Of a stretch of DNA of 64,000 bases, positions 52,120 through 63,257 are shown piece after piece. Both the position numbers and the translations under genes were made by a program. Location of the stretch: the NCBI RefSeq assembly GCF_006345805.1, contig NC_043016.1, positions 18,476,001 through 18,540,000 on the forward strand, given 5' to 3'. The stretch comes from Octopus sinensis. Lineage: Eukaryota. The first letter of the stretch is position 1. Every line of letters starts with the position of its first letter. The notes under the pieces are model-generated. The model was not told where the DNA came from. It did no database searches and worked only from the letters and a program-made list of their open reading frames with translations.

Positions 52120-52264
52120 AGAGGACAAGAATGCAGATAATGATGTGTTGGTACAAATTGAGCTGTTTTTGGAAAATTTAGCGAAGGATGATGAACTGTT
52201 GCCAGGAACCAAACAGGTGGATCTTAACAGTGCCTTGGATATTTTCTATGCCATCTATAAACAG
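52120..52264 (+). CDS. INF2: Formin exon, DID (EDKNADNDVLVQIELFLENLAKDDELLPGTKQVDLNSALDIFYAIYKQ)
   Basis: Donor CAG|gtacgt. Acceptor ttaaag|A supplies the 1 nt needed after the micro-exon. Resembles INF2 DLLIQLEAFEE...VDMSSHQEVF. Confidence 0.88.
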
Positions 52265-52295
52265 GTACGTTGTTTTCTAAATTATATGTATGTAT

Positions 52296-52443
52296 ACATG
52301 GCGTTAGGAAGGGCATCCAGCCGTAGAAACATTGCCAGATCCAACTGGGCCTGGTGCAGCCTTCTGGCTTCCCAGACTCCAGTTGAACCGTCCAACCCAT
52401 GCTAGCATGGAAAGCGGACGCTAAACGATGATGATGATGATGA
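52296..52443 (+). mobile_element. 3' end of a non-LTR retroposon with (GAT)n tail
   Basis: GC-rich block ending ...GGACGCTAAACGATGATGATGATGATGA. Family not established from a single copy. Confidence 0.55.
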
Positions 52444-52856
52444 CATACACACATACACTGTCGGGAAACCAAGCCACTCTCGTAGAAGCTGCTAACACAA
52501 TTTTCTATTCTCTTCACTTCATTTATGATAGTTCGTATATCTGGAGAAGGCATTAGATTTTCAGTTAAATGTCATATTGCTAAGTTAGGCTTAGTTCTTA
52601 GTTCCCAACTCTCATCTAAAGGTGAGGTGTTAGTAAAGGTAACCGATAAAAAAAAAAAACAAAAAAAAACAGAAAATACGTACACAATTCAAATGTGAAA
52701 CTCACAGTCTCCATGATTACCCTAACTGTCAAAAGTATGTGTCACCCAACTATCTGTCGTAGCTCTTGACGACAAAATAGAAAATAAGATAGATACTCAA
52801 TACATTTTTGTAGTCTATCATCTATTTTCAGGGGTCTAGTTATTGCTTGTTTTAGG

Positions 52857-52894
<38 letters not shown>

Positions 52895-53723
52895 TTCTTT
52901 TCCAAGAAAGTAACAAAGACTTTGTATTTTGATACTGAATATCACTTTTTTTCTTTTTACGTATAGCATATCGTATCAGAACGACTTTGATGTACCCACC
53001 GCTCATACAAAGCCATTTTGATTTTATCAAGTAAAAATAAACTTAGTCTCTGAAACTTAATACATTAATATAAAGTGTGTGAAGGCATACAACCTGTGGG
53101 TGTTGACTCTTTTGTTCTGCCCTTTGACCTGATATAGGGGTGGACGTTATTTTTTCCCACTCATATGGATTCTACATGTCGTACTACTATTACAGGTATT
53201 TAAGTTACCGACTCTTTAAGAGCGAAAGCTATTAAATTTAACTATAATAAGATCTGGACTGTGAGTTCGAATTCCTTTTTCAAAGCAATTTATCCTCTTT
53301 TACTATGATTATAACAATTACCCTTCTTATTTATTTTCTTCGGTGTCTCGTAACAATTGAAATAGGATATGATTTAAGGTTAACAATCTCATCAATTATA
53401 AAGTACCCCGAGTCCCATGTTAGCTAGTGTAACCTGATCGAGCAGTCAATCCAATGATCAAAGGTGTTTAAACTGTAGTATTCTTATTTTTTCCTAAGGC
53501 TATCTAAGAGTACATCACTCAATGTGCTTTACCTCTGCGACGGAATATTTTGAAAGACATCTGCCTAGCTTTTCTAATTGTTCGAGAGATCGCCTTGACC
53601 AAGGGTTCGTACGCATCACCGGCTCACTGACCAGCATCAGGCCGTGGATTATTTGGTACCGGGCGGCAGAAAAAGAATACATTTTAAAAATTTCAGTTCT
53701 ATTTTATTGACTATCGCAGCTGT

Positions 53724-53860
53724 ACAAGGTGTGCTTGCGCGTGACCTAGTGGTTAGGGTGTTGCATGCGCGATCACTAGATCATAGATTCGATCCACGGA
53801 CCGGGCGACGTGTTATGTTCTTAAACAAAACATTTCATTTCCGGTTGCTCTGCAGGTGGG
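53724..53860 (+). mobile_element. Diverged tRNA-derived SINE head (related piece at 56790-57050)
   Basis: CCTAGTGGTTAGGG A-box, ATTCGATCC B-box, shared (GA/AA)CAAAACA(C/T)TTCAT(C/T)TC. Confidence 0.6.
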
Positions 53861-53907
53861 AAATGGCTCAATCGTTGACGCCTCGGCAGAGATGCTTTAC
53901 GGTATAT

Positions 53908-54115
53908 CTATTTCTTTACTACCCACAAGGGGCTAAACACAGAGAGGACAAACAAGGATAGGCAAACGGATTAAACTGGTACTTATTTAATCGACCCCGA
54001 AAGGATGAAAGGCAAAGTCAACCTCGGCGGAATTTGAACTCAGAATGTAGCAGCAGAAGAAATACTGCTAAGCATTTCGCCCGGCGTGCTAACGTTTCTG
54101 TCAGCTCTCCGCCTT
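53908..54115 (-). mobile_element. SINE family B
   Basis: Consensus match. Confidence 0.88.
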
Positions 54116-54930
54116 TAACCCCAACCTTCTTGGAGAAGGCAACAATAAACCACTCCAGTATTTATTCCAAGTCTAGTCATGGTAGCCAAAGTTCCAGTAA
54201 TCTACTTAACAGCGGCAGTGAAGGACACGGTCCCTCCTAGGTGTATAGAGAGAGAGAGTGCTGGAGAAAATTATCATGTACAGTGGTGGTTTGCCCTTGG
54301 CAGACCACTACTAGTCTGTATAAATTGATAGATAAATACTAATTAAATTATATATTACGCACTTGTTTTGATATGCAAATGACAGCGTCCCTATCCCCAC
54401 CCGGACCGTGATACAAAAACAGGTTGGGAACTGCTGGCATGGAGGTTGACATGCATTGTTAAAAAAAAACGTTGTCTTTTAATATATCGTTTCTAAACAT
54501 GTCTTTTTTCCCTTATCCAGGAACTAACTCGATATATCGTTGGTGAAATGAAAAAAAACATCGAATAAAACTACATTATATCTTTCATACTTTCCTTTAA
54601 AAATATAGTTGAATTTAAAAGTATGAACCCAGAAGAAATCTACAGCAATTTGCATAGTTTATATTGCTCAAAATATCGATCAACACATATCGAACAACAC
54701 ATTATTGAAACTACCTCATTTGTTTATTGATTCTAGATTTTAAATACTTACTACAAGAAACCTTATCAAATAATTACATAATCTTAGTTGAGCTCTTTTC
54801 AATTTACTGTATTATGAATGTGAAACATAACAGTTTTTGTATTTAGCATGGAGAACATTGAGTTTTTTCCCGCATCCATTTTGCTAATATTCATAATCTC
54901 CACTATATTCCTACTTGATACTGATATATA

Positions 54931-54963
<33 letters not shown>

Positions 54964-55048
54964 AGTTAGAATTTACAAAAAAAAGACGAAGGCGGCTGTG
55001 TAAACAACAAACAGATGTATTAGTTTAACGCTCAGGAAGTGAGAAAGT

Positions 55049-55084
55049 CTTTTACGTTTCGAGCCTACGCTCTTCAACAGAAAG
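55049..55084 (-). ncRNA. Hammerhead-like motif with CUGUUGA core (A6U)
   Basis: Minus strand reads CUUU CUGUUGA A GAG-CGUAGG-CUC GAAA CG U A AAAG. Same architecture as 1682-1716 with compensatory helix I; A6 is non-canonical. Confidence 0.55.
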
Positions 55085-55176
55085 GAACACAGAAATAAGC
55101 AGATATATATATATATATATATCACATCAAGGACCAAATATTCCCTTGAATTAATATACTAAGGAAATAAAAAAGA

Positions 55177-55210
<34 letters not shown>

Positions 55211-55284
55211 TGTAAACTTGTATGTCTTTAATTCCACAACCTATTAATGTATTTTTTTCTTTTCTCTTCATTTCTAATATCCAG

Positions 55285-56319
55285 ATCTGTCACAGTCCAA
55301 TACAAGCAAATTTTCTCTCAATTCTCCGCAGCTTATTACAAATCGATCCAAATGATAAGCTGTGTGAAGAAATGTGGGGAACCATAGAAAAGCTAGTGGC
55401 AAAAGTCGTTGTGATAGAAAAAGTTGAAGATTCTCAGAAACTCCTAATTAAAACTGGCAAACGACTCCAAGAAATTGTTGAAAACAAATACGTATATGCT
55501 GGTCATATGAAACATGAATCTTATCGCATATACGAGAAGACACGGAGACGAAGTTCGACGATACCAACTACTCCCGGGTCTAATGCTGTTACGCCAGATG
55601 ACTTCACAGGCGCCTTGTCACCTTCATCAGCGTTTTCTTCACATAATTCTTCAGCTTCATCTCGGACTAGCACGCCTACCACGCCAACCGCATCGGCGGT
55701 ATGTGGTGGGTCCACGCCAAACAAGAACAACCGATCTTTTCCGGGTTCGCCCCAAAACGCTACATCACCTTCCACAACTCCTGTCCAAACGCCGTCATCT
55801 GCTTCGGCAGCACCTCCGCCTCCTCCTCCTCCGCCACCTCCCCCGCCACCGCCGCCGCCACCACCACCACCACCACCACCTGCATTTGCTTCTGGAAGCG
55901 CATTTGCGACGACAGGTATACCATGTCCTCCTCCAGCACCAGCTCCACCAGCACCTCCCCCTCCCCCTGGGAAGATTCCGTTGCCACCAAAATTTGGTGG
56001 TGGCGGATCAGCCCCTCAACCACCAAAAACACTCGGAATTAACACGAACCATGGAAACATGTTGCCGCAACTAAATGTGCCTAAGCCAAGAAACAAATTA
56101 AAACCTCTACAATGGCAGAAAATTCCTGCAAATAAAGTGATGAAAGGTCTCAACTTGTGGGCTCAAGCGGCCAAGCTTTTCAACGGGGTTAAGGTTGATT
56201 ACGAAGCTATAGATGAACTGTTTTGTATAGAACAATTCCATCCTGACAATGATAAGACGTATGGTAAAGGCTCAAGGAATGGAAAAGCATCCAAAACTGT
56301 TAAGAAAGAAAGCACAGAG
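55285..56319 (+). CDS. INF2: Formin large exon: DID end, Ser/Thr-rich linker, FH1 poly-Pro, start of FH2
   Basis: Acceptor tttctaatatccag, donor GAG|gtaatt, 1035 nt open. Contains a 23-Pro run (55813-55881) and the FH2 lasso motifs KLKPLQWQKIP, NLW, VDYEAIDELF. Confidence 0.96.
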
Positions 56320-56477
56320 GTAATTATGACCAAAACTTTTGACTTTTCTTCATTTTTTTTTAATACAGCTCTGTGTTCTTTAACTCCAGGTTAGCCTTAA
56401 AGAAGAGACTCTATGACTAGCGGTATCTAACTGCGAGCACCCATTTTTTTCCTCGTCAGCCTATTCTTATCTTTTTT

Positions 56478-56790
56478 CTTTTTCCTTGTTTCAGTCATTT
56501 TGACTGCGGCCATGCTGGTGCACCGCCTTTAGTCGAGCAAATCGACCCCCGGGACTTATTCTTTTGTAAGCCCAGTACTTATTCTATCGGTCTCTTTTGC
56601 CGAACCGCTAAGTAACGGGGACATAAACACACCAGCATCGGTTGTCAAGCAATGCTAGGGGGACAAACACAGACACACAAACACACACACACATATATAT
56701 ATATATACATATATACGACGGGCTTCTTTCAGTTTCCGTCTACCAATCCACTCACAAGGCTTTGGTCGGCCCGAGGCTATAGTAGAAGAC
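56478..56790 (-). mobile_element. SINE family A, 5'-truncated
   Basis: Consensus match from the tail to GCTATAGTAGAAGAC. Confidence 0.9.
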
Positions 56791-57060
56791 TATCGGGAGA
56801 TCGTGATTTCAATTCCTAGGTGTATTGTGTTTTTGAGCAAAACACTTCATCTCACGTTGCTATGCAATCACCTTGACACCTGACACGTGGCACACCTGTG
56901 TGCACCTGTTCAGACAACGTCGATTTGATGGAGTGAGGTGAGTTAATGTGCGGCACGAACATTTGATCATTATAAACGAATCATTTGTACAGGTCATTCG
57001 ACGAAAAAGCTGGACATTCATACATCGTCTTCGATGGAAAAGTCCATCATCATTATCGTG

Positions 57061-57420
57061 AGTAGTTAGCACGCTGGACGAAATGCTTAGCGGTATTTCG
57101 CCTGTCGTTACATTCTGAGCTCAAAATTCCGCCGAGGTCGACTTTGCCTTCCATCCATTGAAATCGATAAATTAAATACCAGTGAAATTCTGGGGTCAAT
57201 GTAATCGAATAGTCCCCTCCACCTCAAAATTTCAGCCTTTGTGCCTACAGTGGAAAGGATTATTATTATTATTTTGTCTGCCGCTACGTTCTGAGTTCAA
57301 ATTTTGCGGGATCGACTTTGCCTTTCATCCTTTCGGGGTCGATTAAACAGCCACCAGTTACGCACTAGTAATCGACTGAATCCTTTATCCCAAATTTGAG
57401 GCCTTGTGCTTCCAGTAGCA
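57061..57420 (+). mobile_element. Two diverged family B SINE copies
   Basis: Repeated GTCGACTTTGCCTT(T/C)CATCC cores. Confidence 0.75.
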
Positions 57421-57449
57421 AAGATTATTATTATTAATGCCCAAAAATA

Positions 57450-57493
57450 AGCCCGTTGTGTTTGTATATATATATATATAATATATATATATA

Positions 57494-57533
<40 letters not shown>

Positions 57534-58068
57534 ATGCATGCATGTGTGTGTGTGTGTGTATGCATGCATGTGTGTGTGTGTGTGTGTGTGTATGCATGCA
57601 TGCATGTGGTGTGTGTGGGTGTGGTGTGTATGCATGCATGCATGTATGTGTGTGTGGTGTGTGTGTATGAATGCATGCATGTATGTGTGTGTGGTGTGTG
57701 TGTGTGTGTATGCATGCATGCATGTATGTGTGTGTGTTGTGTGTGTATGCATGCATGCATGTATGTATGTGCATATATATGTGTGTATATATGTATATAT
57801 ATGTGTGTATATATATGTATGTGTATATATATATGTGTGTATATGTATGTATTTGTTATCTGTATCTGTATTTGACCACTCCGCCACCATTGCTTGACAA
57901 CCTATGTTGGTGTGTTTACGTCCCCGCCACTTAACGCGGTTCAGCAAAAAGAGACCGATACAATAAGTACTAGGTTTACAAAGAATAAGTCTTGGGGGTC
58001 GATTTGTTCGACTAAAAGTTATGCTCCAGCATGGCTGCAGTCAAATGACTGAAACAAGTAAAAGAATA
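57450..58068 (+). repeat. Family A SINE 3' half with internal microsatellite expanded to a ~400-bp (TG)n/(TGCA)n tract
   Basis: AAGCCCGTTGTG precedes the tract; CATTGCTTGACAACC..tail follows it. Confidence 0.8.
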
Positions 58069-58939
58069 ACAACGAAAAGGAAACTGACAAATTGACCTGA
58101 TTTTTTTAATACAGATTTAGTCATTAACTCTGCTTTTCTAAACTTTATGAATTTATTGATTACCTGATAAAGTTTTTTGCTTTTGTGTATGCCTAACCAG
58201 ATGAACGGCCGGCTTATCTCTTTGACCAATATTGTCCACCTTAGGAAAATTTATTGCATCAACAATACTCTGTTTTGTTTCAGTGTCGAATTCCAAGTTT
58301 GCAAATACCAGTTTGGTCTTCATGATTGCTTCAATTCTTTTTCGTAATCTTTCGTGGGGAACCCCTCTAACATCAAAAGAAATTTAATGGAGTTTAGCAT
58401 TTATCACATAAACACTGGGACAGCGTTGAATACAATTTGCAAAGCGCAATTCTTAAGTAAAAAAAAAAGAAATTGACTTTGATTTGTGCTTTCGCTATCT
58501 CAGCTTGTAGACGAGAAGTGTTGTTAATTCTCCATCCAGATATCACGGCCAGAAATTCCTGACAGAAGCTGGCGAAAGTTAGGTATGGTAGTGAGCTATA
58601 GGTGAAGGAACTATGTAGTTTCTGGTCGCCAAAAATATCATCCTTATCATGATAAACAATGATACAACCTTTACACTTCCCCTGCGCTGTCAGGTCTAAG
58701 AACTGTGGTACTTTTGAGACTTCGTTAATGAGAAGTTTCAAATTTGAATACGTGCTGAATTTACGTACGCCATTGCTTTTAGCGCGTACACACCTCTGTG
58801 AGTGTGTGTTTGCGTCTGTGTCTGACTGATTGATTGAGATTTGTATGATATTAGCGGAATTAAGTGACACCAGAGGGACATTTCGTTGGCAATAAATTAA
58901 TTGTAGTTACAAAATCTGTTTCTTCTATTTTCTTTTCAG

Positions 58940-59104
58940 ATAAATCTAATTGAGAGCAGACGAAGTTTAAATGTAAATATTTTCTTAAAGCAATTTAAAA
59001 TGTCACTCGATGAATTTTTTCTACACTTACACAATGGATCTTCTGAGAAGTTCAGTACTGAACAGTTAAAGGCCTTACTGAAGATTCTTCCTAATACTGT
59101 CGAG
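58940..59104 (+). CDS. INF2: Formin FH2 exon (INLIESRRSLNVNIFLKQFKMSLDEFFLHLHNGSSEKFSTEQLKALLKILPNTVE)
   Basis: Acceptor ttcttttcag, donor GAG|gtatct, 165 nt. Not in the ORF track; translated by hand. Confidence 0.95.
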
Positions 59105-59422
59105 GTATCTATCGAAACCATCTTTCTTACAATATTCCCACTCATTCATCCATCAATTACCGAAATGGATTCTTAATAACCACTTGGGTAATTGACGAAT
59201 TCTTATTTATCCAAATTTTTGCCAGTGGCTAATTTGTGTAATTATCCCAAGGCTCGGTTTATTTATTTGAATTAATTATTTAATAGTTAATGATTCTAGA
59301 TTAATTTATGGTAGAAAGTGAATGTCCATAGCGTTGACTGTAAGTGGTGCACCGAATATGTTTAGAGTAAATTTATATAAATCTTCAAATTCATCAGAAC
59401 AAACGTAATCTTTACACCTTTA

Positions 59423-59640
59423 ATTCGGTTGTGTCTGGGGAGAGCCATTCTCTTTTAGTATCTTATTATTTAACACACTCACTGGAAAATAACGGACAGA
59501 GTCAAGACTATTGAAAAGGTTGCAAGACGCAACGAAAATTTTAGAAAATAAAGAGTAAGAAATAAGTGGAAATTTTACCGGTGAGTGTGTTAAATAATAA
59601 GGCACTAAGAGAGAATGACTCTCCCCAGACACAACAGAAT
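59423..59640. mobile_element. Fold-back element, ~66-bp arms, hammerhead-like motif in the loop
   Basis: ATTCGGTTGTGTCTGGGGAGAG..TTTAACACACTCAC mirrored at 59575-59640. Confidence 0.85.
59508..59544 (+). ncRNA. Minimal hammerhead-like motif, U3-A8 variant
   Basis: CUA UUGAAAA G GUUGC-AAGAC-GCAAC GAAA A U U U UAG: 5-bp helix II, palindromic AAUU, UUU site, helix I only 3 bp. Confidence 0.55.
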
Positions 59641-59928
59641 ATGCTTCAACACACGAACTCATATAAAGAATCTTGCAAACCAAATCCAAAAACGAAATAT
59701 AATAAGCTTACACCTTTAAGTTTTTTGCTTTAGGAAAAGTAAAATTGAAGAATCCTTTGTATTCTTTTGATTTTTACAAGTTTCATGCCATTGTTTTAAA
59801 CATTGCAATAATAAACTTAGATCTAACCAAATGTAAAAAATCATTATATATATATATATATAATATATATATATATAAGGGATAAAATGAATGGTACTTA
59901 TATCGTGTCTGATGCTTTTTAATTACAG

Positions 59929-60014
59929 ATTGAAATGTTAAAAAGTTATGAAGGGGACAAAAAGAAGCTTGGAAACGCCGAACAATTTTTCCTGCGACTG
60001 ATCGAATTACCAAA
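59929..60014 (+). CDS. INF2: Formin FH2 exon (IEMLKSYEGDKKKLGNAEQFFLRLIELP-N)
   Basis: Acceptor tttaattacag, donor AA|gtatat, 86 nt. Carries the FH2 L(G/A)xAE/DxF motif. Confidence 0.95.
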
Positions 60015-60377
60015 GTATATTTATTTTCTTTTTTCAATATTCTGAGTATGGATGGATATGTATAAAAGGAATCGTTTAGTTTGATTTATATTATATGCTT
60101 ACAAGTTTGATTGTGCAAAGGAACGAAAATGTGTGTTTGTTTTGTATAGTGATGAAAGAAAAAAGAAAAGCGACAGGAGAAATTTTGTTTGTAGATGAAT
60201 TTGTAGTTTTATGAAGCATAGATTGAATGTTTTAGTGTAAAATGAATAGCGTTGAAAAGTAGGGCTTAATCTCTCACATAAACGATCGGCTTTTATGCCG
60301 TTTGCTCTTTTCATTTTAAGAACGCCATTTCCCTGTCTTTGGGGGTGTCTTTACATTTTTTTCTTATTTATTAACCA

Positions 60378-60776
60378 CTAGCAGTATCGCCCGGCGTTGC
60401 TCGGGTTTGTAAGGGAAATAACTATATAAACATTTTTAGAGATGTAAAGTATAATAGCCATCGCAATATGGCTAACCACAAAGGGGGGTGGTGTTACTGT
60501 AGCATTTTACGTTCTGAGATTTAATAATAAATTTTTAGAGAGTTACTTCCCTAACATATGCCAAAAATGCATTAAAAATGGGAAAAATTGATGGTAATTT
60601 TTTTTTTTAAATCGTAGACTCATCGTAGACGCGCGCTAATACCCAGAAGGGCTCGATATGAATCACGACTATAAGATAACTGGTTTTGGTTAAACTGCAC
60701 CGCAAAATGTGTGAGTAGTTAGGAATCTAAATCGTAGGAGACAGACAGCACACAACCTCTCTTTTATATATAAAGA
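60378..60776 (-). mobile_element. Non-autonomous Helitron, same family
   Basis: A|TC ... hairpin-CTAG|T on the minus strand. Confidence 0.9.
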
Positions 60777-60999
60777 TATGCATAAAGACATATTTCCCCA
60801 GCCATTGTCGATCAGTGTTGATTTGTTTACATTTTTCGTGATCTAGTAGTTCGTCAAAAGAATTGGATTTTATCAGCACCACACTACAGACAAGTACCAG
60901 AATCGGTTTACTTCAAAACTGTGCGATAGCATGGCCGCAGTACAATGACTGCAGCAAATAAAATAATACACACACCACACACACACACACACACACCAC

Positions 61000-61034
<35 letters not shown>

Positions 61035-61372
61035 CACACACACCACACAACACATACATACACCGTATTTGCCATCGTAAAAAGGCAATCTCCCATAAGA
61101 CGCACCCTTATTTTACAAGTATATTTTGTGGGGGAGAAAAATATTTTTAATATGTTTCATTATACACCTCTTGGAAGCTATTTTAAAGTGGTTTTCTATA
61201 GAGAAATGTATAATTCTGTACATGTAACACAATATTGTAATAGTATACTGAAATGAAAGTATCGAACGATAATTTCATCGTAAATGAGCCACGTTATACT
61301 AGTACCGCCCCAGTTTTATCTTCTTTCAGATCAATTATATAATTATTTATATTTTTCGTCATGAAAATTGTC

Positions 61373-62110
61373 ATAGGCGCAGGAGTGGTGTGTGTGGTAA
61401 GTAGCTTGTTTACCAACCACATGGTTCCGGGTTCAGTCCCACTGCGTGGCACCTTGGGCAAGTGTCTTCTACTATAGCCTCGGGCCGACCAAAGCCTTGT
61501 GAGTGGATTTGGTAGACGGAAACTGAAAGAAGCCCGTCGTATATATGTAGATATATATATATGTATGTGTGTGGTTTAATATAGGCATAGGAGTGGCTGT
61601 GTGGTAAGTAGCTTGTTTACCAACCACATGGTTCCGGGTTCAGTCCCACTGCGTGGCACCTTGGGCAAGTGTCTCCTGTTATAGCCTCGGGCCGACCAAA
61701 GCCTTGTGAGTGAATTTGGTAGACGGAAACTGAAAGAAGCCCGTCGTATATATGTAGATTTATATATATATGCATGTGTGTGGTTTAATATAGGCATAGG
61801 AGTGGCTGTTGTAGTAAGTAGTGTTTACCAACCACATGGTTCCGGGTTCAGTCCCACGCGTGGCACCTTGGGCAAGTGTCTCCTGCTATAGCCTAGGGCC
61901 GACCAAAGCCTTGTGAGTGAATTTGATAGGACGGAAACTGAAAGAAGCCCGTCGTATATATATTATATATATAAAATATATATATATAATATATATATAT
62001 ATATATTATATATATATGTATGCGTGTGTGTGTTTGTGTGTCTGTGTTTGTCCCCCTAGCATGGCTTGATAACCGATGCTGATATGTTTATGTCGGCAAA
62101 GAGACCGAAA
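61373..62110 (+). mobile_element. Head-to-tail trimer of family A SINE 5' halves
   Basis: ATAGGC heads at 61373, 61581 and 61790 (208-209 bp period). Only the last unit continues into a deleted 3' half. Confidence 0.92.
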
Positions 62111-62210
62111 TACGCAAGAGAAATACGGTGCAAGCACACACGCACACGTGCACAAGTACGCAAACACGCATTGCACATGCACACATACACACACATGCAT
62201 ATGCATACAT

Positions 62211-62259
<49 letters not shown>

Positions 62260-62317
62260 AACATATACATACATGTGTGTGTGGTATAATGGTAGTATAT
62301 GAACTGGTAAAGGCGAC

Positions 62318-62510
62318 GAACTGGCAGTATCGTTAACAAGTCGGGCAAAATAATTAGCGGCATTTCGTCAATCTTAACAATCTGAGTTCAAATTCCGCCG
62401 AGGTTGACTTTGCCCTTAATCCTTTCGAGGGCGATTCAATATATGTGTACAGGTGTCGATATAATCTACCTACACTCCTCCGCGAACTTGCTGTCCTTGT
62501 GTCAAAATTT
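62318..62510 (+). mobile_element. Diverged SINE family B
   Basis: GAACTGGCAGTATCGTTA..CTGAGTTCAAATTCCGCCGAGGTTGACTTTGCC. Confidence 0.75.
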
Positions 62511-63257
62511 GAAAGAGTTTTCCATGAAGATTTTTGCTCGTAGACATACCAAATATTAGGTTGGCACCAGAGGGCTTGCAAATGACGTTGGTGTGAAGGT
62601 TGGATTTTGGATAGTATGAATTACTTTTGTTTCAACGGGATTCTGGCACCAAAGTGATTTAACGAAGTATCAAGCGAGATTCTAGTCTATAACATTCTTT
62701 CTCTGTCGTGAGGCATTTTACCAGAATAGAACCTATTACTAAAATACTGCACAAGGAAAATTATTGATTTAAAAATCTCTCGCAAAAGCATACTACCGTG
62801 TTGTCAGTGCGGTTATCTGAAATGTAGGACAGATAGCAATACTGGTCAAAACTAATGTTATGAATTTCTCTTCATTTAAGTTCATCAAAATTCCTTTACA
62901 ATTAATTATAATAATACCGAATAGCATAAATAAGCCGCTAATAAATTTTTCTGTAATATAAGGATGTTCTGCCCTATTCATCCTTTTCGGTATTATTATT
63001 ATTATTATTATTTTTATTATTCGTTTGAAAATAAAACATTTCCATATCTGTATATTTCAATACAACTCGACGCTTCTAAAAAAAGCAAACTTTGTTTGTT
63101 TACATATATCGTAATTCCTTTAAAATTGTTCAATCTTTTTCTTTATTTTATATTATTTACCTTTTAGTAAAATTGTCGCAAATTTCAGATGTTTTAAAAC
63201 TATTTATTTATCTTTCTGTCTCTCCCTCCCTCTCTTTCTTTCTCACTAAACTTGAAG

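Noticed and set aside
55514-56074. Overlapping alternative-frame ORFs (186, 113, 84, 90 aa)
   Set aside because: By-products of the GC-rich Ser/Pro-coding exon.
60248-60292. TTGAAAA-stem-ATAAACGATCGG, a decayed U3-A8 hammerhead look-alike
   Set aside because: G12 and U16.1 are absent and there is no helix I.
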